Source: the human T2T-CHM13v2.0 reference genome, Homo sapiens. From it: a DNA stretch of 64,000 nt. This document shows positions 28,780-44,220 of the stretch, piece by piece; position 1 is the stretch's first letter, and each line of letters begins with the position of its first letter. The notes beneath the pieces are model-generated. The model was not told where the DNA came from. It was given only the letters and a program-made list of their open reading frames with translations, and ran no database searches. The DNA lies in NCBI RefSeq assembly GCF_009914755.1, contig NC_060935.1, one strand, 5' to 3'. A program made the translations under genes and the position numbers.

Positions 28780-29607
28780 TGTTGTCTTTGATGATCTTAA
28801 TGATGTTTAGGGGTGCTCAGACACAATCTTATTTGAGATTATCTTTTCTTGGGATAAGTAAGTTTCAATGTGAAAGATATTTCACACTTCAAAAGAGTTT
28901 ATTCAGGTGATTCAATATCAAATCAACAGTTGTTAAGAAAGTCTGCTTGTAAGTCTAAATATTTTATTCTAGCCTAAAGCCTCTGAACATTTTCACAAAA
29001 AAATGATCTTACATGGCTCTGGTCCCCTCAGGGTAAGATGAAGAAAGTGTGGAGGAAATACATGTAAATGAGTCACTCAATTCATGATGAATCTTGCTTT
29101 GGAGATGTGAACAACAACAACAACAAAAAACATTTTTATCTTGTACTGCATGTATATTTAAAGAGGTTTCTACAAAGATTCAGAGACCTTGTCTTTTAGC
29201 TATTGCTTTCTCTCCCAGGAATTAATTATCTCTTTTGATGGAAAGACTTTGTCTTAGAAGCAGATATTCTGGAGAGACATGTTTGAAAAATACCCATCCT
29301 GAATGGGGAATTGAATTCTCCGTATTTAAAACTTAAGCCTGTGAGAGTCCCTTTTTCCTATCTGAACCCAGGTTTCTAAGAAAGCTGAATGCCACGTAAA
29401 TGGCAAGGTGGCATAATTCCAGAGTGGGCACCCCATGTAGTTTCCCTGTAGACTCATGCTACAGAAAGAGCTGCTATTTTTTCACCTAATATGAAACCTT
29501 TTTTGGAAAAATGTTATTGATTTCTTGAGATCTAGAGCACTGAGGGCATGAAATTAATGGCAGCCATTTTAAAAGACTTGAAATGCTGTTTTTCTTTCCC
29601 TCCTCCT

Positions 29608-34176
<4,569 letters not shown>

Positions 34177-34283
34177 TGTCTTACTTCATTCATGCTGCTG
34201 TAACAAAATACCACAAACTAATTTATAAAAAATAGAAATTTATGTCTCACAGAACTAAAAACTGGGAAGTCCAAGATCTAGGT
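34177..34283 (-). mobile_element. MLT1A-like LTR 3' fragment
   Basis: gctgctgtaacaaaataccacaaact...gaaatttatgtctcacag...ctgggaagtccaagatc. Confidence 0.75.
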
Positions 34284-34287
34284 AGTC

Positions 34288-34692
34288 AATGTCCATCAAT
34301 GATAGACTGGATTAAGAAAATGCGGCACATATACATCATGGAATACTATGCAGCCATAAAAAAGGATGAGTTCCTGTCCTTTGGAGGGACATGGATGAAG
34401 CTGGAAACCATCATTCTGAGCCAACTATCACAAGGACAGAAAACTAAACACCGCATGTTCTCACTCACATGTGGGAATTGAACAATGAGAACACTTGGAC
34501 ACAGGACAGGGAACATCACACCCCAGGGCCTGTCGTGGGGTGGGGGGTCGGGGGAGGGATAGCATTAGGAGAAATACCTAATGTAAATGACAAATTGATG
34601 GGTGCAGCAAACCAACATGGCGCATGTATACCTATGTAACAAACCTGCACGTTGTGCACATGTGCCCTAGAACTTAAAGTATGAAAAAAAAA
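34288..34692 (+). mobile_element. L1PA (PA5/6-like) 3' end
   Basis: aatgtccatcaatgatagactgg...tagaacttaaagtatgaaaaaaaaa. Confidence 0.92.
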
Positions 34693-35719
34693 GTCTGAAT
34701 GTCTCCAAAATCAAAATCAGTCTAAAGAAGACATAAAATTTAATAGAATCCTTATGACAAATAAGAAAGTTATAGTATAATAATACTTCTAGTAAAGTTT
34801 ATTAGTATTTACTACAACGTGGTTCATGCTAGAAAGTCATTGTCTTGTTAATCTGCACAAGAGCCTTATGAAATAGATACTGTTTTTCTTGATTTCCAAC
34901 ACAATTGGATGAAGCCTGGAAAATTTAAATAAATTACTTTAGTCACAGAGGTAGCGAATACCTGAGGTAGGATTTGAGCTCATGTAGTTTTTCTTTGGAA
35001 CTTACACTTTTAGGCACTATGGTATATACCAGAAAAATGACACACATTTGAATAAAGAAAAATTCTAGTCAGGGAAATGCGCAATAAATAAACCTTTTTA
35101 AGAAAGGATAAATTCAGAGTGAAAAGGACTTAAAAAGGAGAAACCTGTGATGTGATAGAGAGCAACTCAGAAGGCAGGGTGGGGTTACTTCAGATTGGGT
35201 GTTGAAAAAGATTTAAGTGCAAGAATTTAGTGTTTAACCTATCCAGGGTGAGGAACAATGAGCTGAAAGTCATAAGTAAAACAGTAGAGAGAAATTTATG
35301 TATGTGGAGGAGGAATATTATCTGACCTGATACAACTCTTGTTTTTAATTTCTCTCTTCTCTTTTGACCCTATCACCAACTAAATTTATCATATTATAAT
35401 TAATTCATCTCTAACTAAAATCAGGATGAAGCAAAAAAAAGCATATGCATCCAAGCAACCACCTTTCCCCAGAAGTCTTTGTGTGTGCCTCTGGCAGTTG
35501 CTGTTTCTGATGGACTTTTTGGTGTAGTCAACGACATTGATCTCCACTTTGCTTCTGCGTGACTATTGTTTTAAAATTAATTTCTATCTGTTTTCCCCAT
35601 GTAAAAAATTCACTTAGTGAAGTTGAGCTAGGTTGATTTGTAAAAGGAAAACTATTTAACCAATTGTAATTGATGTTTTCATATCCTGTCAGAGTCTGTA
35701 CAATTGTTCCCCACTCAAA

Positions 35720-36190
35720 CATGTATCTGTTTGATCTCATCCAGCACCACTCTCTCCCTTGTTCACTGTGATCCAGCTGCAGTGACCTCATTCTTGCCCT
35801 CGGGCCATTGTACTAGCTCTTCTTTATTCCCCGAATGCTCATCTTTTAGATCTTCATATGGCTAGGTCCTTGTCATTACTCAGTCTGCAGTTCAATTTCT
35901 CCTCCTTAGAGGTCTTCTTGAGCCATCCATGTAAAGCCATTCTCTATCTCTTTGAGTTATTTTCTATCACATTACTTTGCTACATTTTGTTGTCAACATT
36001 TTCACCACGTGATTGTCAGATGTAATTGTTTTTTTTTTTTTTGTCCATTTTTTCCAGTTAGAATTAAAATCCATGAAAGTAGAGGTATTGGCTGTTTTGT
36101 TCACTATGGCATTTGCAGCACAAGAAATGCCCACACGTTTATTCTACGTCAAGCCTATTCTGTGCCAAGAATGGGCTGTTATGAATAAAT
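35720..36190 (+). mobile_element. L2 fragment
   Basis: ccactctctcccttgttcactgtgatccagc; ctcctccttagaggtcttc. Confidence 0.65.
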
Positions 36191-36289
36191 GCAGTTTTCA
36201 AAGGGACCCTTGCTAACCAGAATGCTTCTGCAATTGATGGCTTTCCATTCTTGGTGACAAATTGAAATAAAGAATTTTAGATCAGTTTA

Positions 36290-36660
36290 GTATATCAGCC
36301 ATGGTTCTTAGGTGATGACACAGAATTATCTGTAGCTAGTTTAAGTAGAAGGGATTTATTATATGCAATTAAGTTGTTTAAAGAACCTTTGGAAGGGTTA
36401 GAATGGCAGAGTCTGACCTGAATGACCAGGAATAACTTTTAGAAGCACATCTGTTGGGACAGGTGCTCCAAAGGAGCCGCTGTCCCTCTGACACCATGGT
36501 TATGTTGCCACATCTCCACAGGTGCTGCTGCTTCTCTGACCGCAGAACCACTTCGCTTTTGTTGACATCGTCAGAACCCAGCCTCAGATAACTAATTTCC
36601 AACTCAAAGACTTGCACGGAGGCTCCTGGTTCGTATCTCCCAAGTCATGTGACTAACCTT
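36290..36660. mobile_element. Old MLT1-type LTR fragment
   Basis: gtagctagtttaagtagaagggatttatt; caagtcatgtgact. Confidence 0.45.
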
Positions 36661-38478
36661 CTGGGACTAACATTGTATAGCATATGATTTGGTAGCAAAT
36701 CTCAAGCAGCTCTTCTAACTTAATTTGAGATGCTTATTAATGGAAGAGTCCCTCGATTGAAAAAATGTTTCTCTTACTTTACTTTCATTTTCACATTTCT
36801 ATTTTTTATTGTATACATTTAAGTTATACAACTTAATGTTTTGATATACATGTACATGGTGAAACTATGTACATGTATATCACAGTTTAACATATCCATC
36901 ATCTCACATGGTTATCTTTTTGCATCTTAAATTTTTTTTTTTTTGGTTAGAGGACCCAAAGCCTACCCTGTTAGAAAATTTGCAGTGATACAATGCAATA
37001 TTATTAACTATAGTTTTTATACTACACTTTATTTAGATCTTTAGATTTATTCATCCTACATATCTTCCCATTTTTCCCACCCTCTGCCTCTGGTAACCAC
37101 TGTTGTTCTATTCTCTGTTTCTACATATTCAGCTATTTATTTTTATTTTTTTGTATTCCACATATAGGAGAAATTGTGCAATATTTTTCTTTCTGAGTCT
37201 GGCTTATTTCACTAAACATGTCTTCCAGGTTCATTCATATTATTGCAAATGGCAGGATCTCCTTGTTTTTAAAATTGAAATAATATTCATGTATATGAAT
37301 ACTATATATTATATTATATATATATGCAAAAAGATAACCATGTGAGATGATGGATATGTTAAAGTGCATATCTGTAGTAATAGTTTCACCATGTACATGT
37401 ATATATAAATTATGTATATTATATATTATATTAAAGTAATATAATACACATATTACATTATCAATATAGTAATAATATACTATGTTAATATAATTCATAA
37501 TAATATATTTTAATAATAATCACATTCATATTTTATTATGCTTTTAAAAAAATCTAGTCATCTGTTGAGAAACATTTGGGTTTTGTTTCCATATGGTGGT
37601 TATTGTGAATAACGCTGCAATGAACATGTGAGTGCAGATATATCTACAAGTACTACTTTCATTTCCTATGGGTGTATATCCAGAAGAGGGATTGCTGACC
37701 CACATGGTAGTTCTATTTTTAATTTTTCAATGAGCCTCATGCTCTGTCCCCTAATGGCTGTTCCAATTCACATTTCCACCACCAGTATACCAGTGTTCTC
37801 TTTTCTCCACGTCCTTGCCAACACTTATGATCTCATCTTTTTGATAAAGCCATCCTAAGAAGTGTGAGGTGATGTCTCATTGTAATTTTAATTTGCATTT
37901 ACCTGAAGATTAGTAATATTGGGCATCTTTTCTTTTATCTATTGGCCAGGTTTTTGTTTCGTTTGGAGAAATATCCATTCAGGTTCTTTGGTAATATTTA
38001 ATTGGATTATTAATTTTTTTGCTGTTGAGTTATGTAAATTCCTTATATATTTTGGATATTAACTCCTTAACGGATTTATGGGTTACAAATATTTTCTCCC
38101 AATTTCTAGGCTGTCTTTTACTTTTGTTGTTTTCTTTGATATGCCAAAGTTTTTGGCTTGATGTACTCCCACTTGTTTAGTTTTTGCTTTTATTTCTTGT
38201 GCCTTGGGTGTCCTATCCAAAAAATTATTGGCAAGACCAATGTCATGCAGCTTTTCCAAGATGTTTTCTCCTAGGAGTTTTATAGTTTATAGTCTTGTAT
38301 TTAGTTCTTTAATCCATTTTGATTTGATTTTTCTTTATGGTATAGTATAAGGGTCCAGTTTTATTCTTTTGCATGTGGATATCCAGTTTTCTTAACACCA
38401 CTAATTGAAGAGAGTAACTTTTCTTTATGTTTTATTCTTGGTACTTTTGTCAAAGATTAATTAATAGTATATGCCTGG

Positions 38479-38847
<369 letters not shown>

Positions 38848-38893
38848 TTATGTCAATACTGTTTTTACAACCATACTGATTTGATGATAATAG

Positions 38894-39256
<363 letters not shown>

Positions 39257-39488
39257 TGATGCCTCCAACTTTTTTTTCCCCTCAAGATTGCTTTGGCTAC
39301 TTGAGGTCTTCTGTAGTTCCATTTGAATTTTATTTATTTATTAAAAAAGTCTAAACTTTAAAAAATGTCACTGGAATTTTTACATGATTACAATGGTACA
39401 GGTTACATTGAATTTGTATATCACTTTGGATGGCATGGACATTTTAACAATATTGATTTTTTTCTATCCATGAACATGTGGTTCATTT

Positions 39489-39563
39489 GTCTATGGCCTA
39501 CCATCCTGAAGAAGCTCAATATCTGATCTCAGAAGGAAAGCTAGGTTGAGCCTAATTAGTACT
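39489..39563 (+). pseudogene. 5S rRNA pseudogene, 3'-truncated
   Basis: gtctatggcc-taccatcctgaa...tctgatctcagaaggaaagctaggttgagcctaattagtact aligns to 5S GTCTACGGCCATACCACCCTGAA...TCTGATCTCGGAAGCTAAGCAGGGTCGGGCCTGGTTAGTACT. Confidence 0.85.
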
Positions 39564-39589
39564 CTCGTTTTTTAAATAAACCAAAAAAT

Positions 39590-39800
39590 ATATTGTTCAC
39601 TATTGTGTATTAGGCACTGCGTAAGCACTTTACACGCCTTATATCATATTGTCATCATAACGTCATGAATTACATATTATTCTCTTCATTTTAGGGAAAC
39701 AATGAGACTTGTAGATGTTCAAAATAACTTTTTAAAGTTATAACATTGTAAGTAAGAAGGCTAACTCTGATAATCTGTCTCCAGCTTAAATTCCTATTTA
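39590..39800 (-). mobile_element. MIR
   Basis: taggcactgcgtaagcactttacac...ttcattttagggaaac. Confidence 0.6.
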
Positions 39801-40262
39801 AAATCCATAGTCATCTATGTCCAAAATGGTAAAATCATTTCATATTGTCTCATCTCTCTATCTGGACCTTTGCTCCAAATGTGGGCTCCAGAACAACTTA
39901 TCCTCAGGCAGGTATGAGCTTCCTTTCCCTGATTGCTTGTCGGGTTGTTATTGTTTTAAACACATATTTTATTTTTTAGTGTCACAGAATTTGAGCAGGT
40001 AGTACAAAGAGTTCCTATATAACCTCTGTACCTACACATGCATAGTATCCTCTACTATCAACATTCCACACACCACAGTGGTACACTTTTACAACAATAA
40101 ACCTCTATTGATACACCTATCTAACTCAAAGTTCTTAGTTTACACTAGGATTTGCTCTTGGTATTGTATGTTCTATGAGCTTGGACAAATATATAATGAC
40201 ATGTACCTACTGTTACAGTATCATGTAGAATAGAGTAACTGACATAAAAATCCTCTGTGCTC

Positions 40263-40702
40263 AAGACTTGGAACCAACCCAAATGCCCATCAATGATAGA
40301 CTGGATAAAGAAACTGTGGCACATATACAACATGGAATACTAAGCAGCCATAAAAAAGCATGAGTTCATGTCCTTTTCAGGGACATGGATGAAACTGGAA
40401 GCCATCATTCTGAGCAAACTAACAGAGGAACAGAAAACCAAACACCACATGTTCTCACTCGTAAGTGAGAGTTCAACAATGAGAAAACAGGAACCCAAGG
40501 AGGGGAACATCACACACTGGGGCCTTTCAGGCCATGGGTGGCAAGGGAAGGGAGAGCATTAGGACAAATACCTAATGCATATGGGGCTTAAAACCTAGAT
40601 GACGGTTTGATGGGTGCAGCAAAACACCATAGCACGTATATACCTATGTAACAAACCTGCATGTTCTGCACATGTATCCCAGAACTTAAAGTAAAACTAA
40701 AA
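40263..40702 (+). mobile_element. L1PA8-10-like 3' end
   Basis: ggggcttaaaacctagatgacgg; TSD ATAAAAA(T/G)CCTCTGTGCTC at 40244-40262 and 40703-40721. Confidence 0.92.
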
Positions 40703-41489
40703 ATAAAAAGCCTCTGTGCTCCACTTATTTATCCCTCCTTCTTCCATAAACCCTAATGTCCACTGATATTTTTGCTGTCTCCATAGTTTAGCCTTTTCCA
40801 GAATGCCATATAGTTGGAAATGTACAATGTATAACCTATTCGAATAGGCATTTTCACTCAGTGATATGCATTTTGTTTTCTCCATGTGTTTTCATGGCTT
40901 GGTAGTTCATTTCTTTTTAGTACTGAATAATATTTCATAGTCTGGATGCACACATTTGTTTATCCACTTACCTAATAAAGAGCATCTTCATGGCCTCTAA
41001 GTTTTGGCAATTATGAATAAAGCTGCTAGAAACATTTGTGTGTGAGTTTTTGTGTGGGCATAAATTTTCATCTTGAGTAAATATCAAAAATCCCATTTGC
41101 TTGATTGTATGATAACAGTATGTTTAGTTTTATAAGAAATTGCCAAACTGTCTTCCAAAGTATCTGACATGATTTGTCTATTGTATGATCTATTTCTTCA
41201 CCAATACTACATTGTCTTGATTGCTGTACCTCTATAGCAAGTCTTGAAGTTGGGTAGTATCAGTTCTCCAACTTTGTTCTTTCCCTCAGTATCACATTAG
41301 CTATTCTTGGTCTTTTGCCTTTCCATATAAGCTTTAGAATTAGTTTGTCAATATTTACAAAATACCCTGCTGGAATTTTGACTGGGATTAAAATGAATGC
41401 ATAGATTAAGTTGGGAAGAATAGACATCTTGACAATATTGAGTCTTCCTATCCATGAATATGAAATATTTCTTCATTTATTTAGTTTTT

Positions 41490-41813
41490 TTATTTGTTTT
41501 TTCTTTTTCATTTTTCTTTTTTGTTTTGAGATGGAGTTTCACTCTTGTTGTCCAGGCTGGAGTGAAATGGTGTGATCTCAGCTCACCGCAACCTGCGCCT
41601 CCCAGGTTCAATTGATTCCCCTGTCTCAGCCTCCCGAGTAGCTGGGATTACAGGCATGTGCCACCACGCCTGGCTAATTTTGTATTTTTTCTTAGTAGAG
41701 ACGGGGTTTCTGCATGTTGCTCAGGCTGGTCTCGAACTCCTGACCTCAGGTGATCTGCCTGCCTCAGCCTCCCAAAGTGCTGGGATTAATGGCCTGAGCC
41801 ACTGTGCCCTGCC
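41490..41813 (-). mobile_element. AluSp/Sq-like
   Basis: gagtttcactcttgttg, ctcaccgcaacc diagnostics. Confidence 0.92.
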
Positions 41814-42807
41814 TTGATTTGTTAATTAGAGCTTTGTAGTTTTTCTCACTTGTACACATTTTGTTAGATTTATACCTGAGTATTTCATTTTTTTGGAATG
41901 CTAAAGTAAATGATATTGTGTTTTGAATTTTAGATTATACTTGTTCATTGCTGGTATATAGAAAAGTGATTGACTTTTGTACATTAACCTTGATCCTGCC
42001 ACTCTGCTCTAATTATTAGTTCCAGTATTTTTTTGTTTATTTAAAAAAATTTCTACATAGATGATCATGTCATCTACAGACATTGACAGTTTTATTTCTT
42101 CCTATCAGTATATTTTTTATTCTTTTTCTTGTCTTATTACATTAGCTAGGACTTCCAGGACAATGTTGACAAGAAGTGATGAGAAGAGACATTCTTGCCT
42201 TTTTCCTAGTCTTAGTAGGAAAGCTTCAAGTTTCTCACCATTAAGTGTGATGCTGGCTGTAGATTCTTACTTTACGGATTTTTTTTTAAGAATCATAAAT
42301 AGGTGTTAGATTTTTTTCAAATGCTTTTTCTGCATCTATTAATATGGTAATTTGATTTTTTCCCTTTAACATTTCACACAATGGATTATGTTAATTGATT
42401 TTTGAATGTTGATCTCACCCTGCATACCTGGACTAAATTGTACACCAGGATCTACTGAGATTTAGTCCAGGTATGCAGGGTGGAATCAACATTCAGAAAT
42501 ACCTGGACTAAATCTCAGTTGATCCTGGTGTACAATTATCTTTATATATTGTTGAATTTAATCTGCTAATATTTTGTTGAGGATTTTTGCATATATGTTA
42601 AAAAGAGATATTAGTCTGAAGTTTTCTTTTGTTGTAATGTCTTTGTTCTTGGGAATAGGGTATGGTGGGCTTCATTGAATGAGTTAGGAAGTCTTTCCTC
42701 TTCTATTTTCTAAAAGAGATTTAGAGAACTGGTATAATATAATCCTTAAATATTTGGTAGAATTTACCAGTGAACCTGTCTGACCTGGTACTTTCTGTTT
42801 TTTAAGG

Positions 42808-42965
42808 TGCTATGGATTTAATGTTTGTGTCACCCTGAAGTTCATGTATTAAAATTCTAACCCCCTATGTAATGGTATTAGGAGGTGGAGCCTCTGAGAG
42901 GAGACTAGGCCATCAGGGTAGAGCCCTGATAAATGGGATTAGTGCCCTTATAAGAGGCCCTTAGA
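42808..42965 (+). mobile_element. MLT1A/MST-type LTR 5' fragment
   Basis: tgctatggatttaatgtttgtgtc...ggtattaggaggtgg...aatgggattagtgcccttataagagg. Confidence 0.8.
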
Positions 42966-43719
42966 GAAGGCTATGATTGGGTATTTCATTTACTTCAAAT
43001 AGGTTAGGCTGTAATAAAACCCCAGCAAGTTAGGGTGTGGCTAACAGTAGGTTCTTCTGAGGGCAGGCCTTGTTAAGAAGAACAGAATACTGTGGATATT
43101 TAAAAATGTTTTTCCCCATCTCCAGGAAGATGAATTTATCACTTATTTCCCTACTTTGCCATAGCAATTATTTTCTTTTTATCTAATACTTGATTTTTTT
43201 CCCATTAGTGTGGGTTTGGATATATTTTTTAAAAATTTTGTTTAACGTACGGACAGGACTTTTTCTAACATCTTCTGTGAGTGTCAGGTAGGGATAATGA
43301 AGTTAAAACTCACAAAAGTGTGAGAGACCCCCTGCCCTGCCCCACCTTGACTGGCTCCCCTAGAGTTTTTATCTTTCAGGCATCTCTTTCAGGCTTCTCC
43401 ACATTAAGAAGTTCATCAATTAAGTTCAGGGTTTTCCGACCTACATCTACCCTCCTTGGCATTGGCTCCTGTGGGGTTTCTGCTTGTGGGTTTTTGCTCA
43501 GGGAAGGTGGGATTCTCTCTATCTGCCTGTCTATCTCTGCAATTTTGAGGGCAGCGGTTTGCGTTGTGAGCTCACTTCTTTGTTGGATTTAAGATGAATT
43601 GTTGGTATTTATTTTGTTCAGCTTTTTTTCTTGTTGTTAGATTACAGTGGTGACTTCTAAGTTCTTTACATGCTAGATTAGAAGTTCCCCTTACTTTTCT
43701 TTAAAAAGAACTTTCAATG

Positions 43720-44220
43720 AAATACAAATTCCTTACCAAGATCTATACTGCCCTGCAGGGCTTGGCTTCTGTCCATCTCTTCAACCTCAGTTTGTTCTGT
43801 CCTTTCTCTTTTCCATTTCCTTTCAGGTACTAAGACGTTCCGTTGACTTGCACTTGCTCAGCTCTTTAAATATTGGAGCTTTCCACATGTAACAATACTT
43901 CCCGTGGAGCAATGTTTCGTCCTTTGGACCTCAGCTAAGTATCACCATTTAAAAAAACCTCTGATTACCTTCTTTACAGTAATATCTCACTCTTATTTTT
44001 CATCACAATACTCAGTATTTTAAATACTGATCATAGATGGTAATTTATTAAATTGTTCTCCTGACTTTCTTAGAAGATATAAAGTTAATGTAGGCAGGAC
44101 TTTTATGCTTTTTTTTTTTCTGTTTCATTAACTATTGTATCTTAAGCTTATGGCATAGAACTTGGCATGAAAAGGATGCTCATAACAATTTTTTAGAATA
44201 ATAAATACATAGATAAATAG
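43720..44220 (+). mobile_element. L2 fragment
   Basis: aaattccttaccaag; cctcagctaagtatcacc. Confidence 0.5.

Larger units (their letters stand above)
39950..43690 (-). mobile_element. L1MC-type element (fragmented, with nested L1PA, Alu and MLT1A)
   Basis: tacaaagagttcctatataacc; gccttttccagaatgccatatagttggaa are L1MC 3' motifs. Confidence 0.75.
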
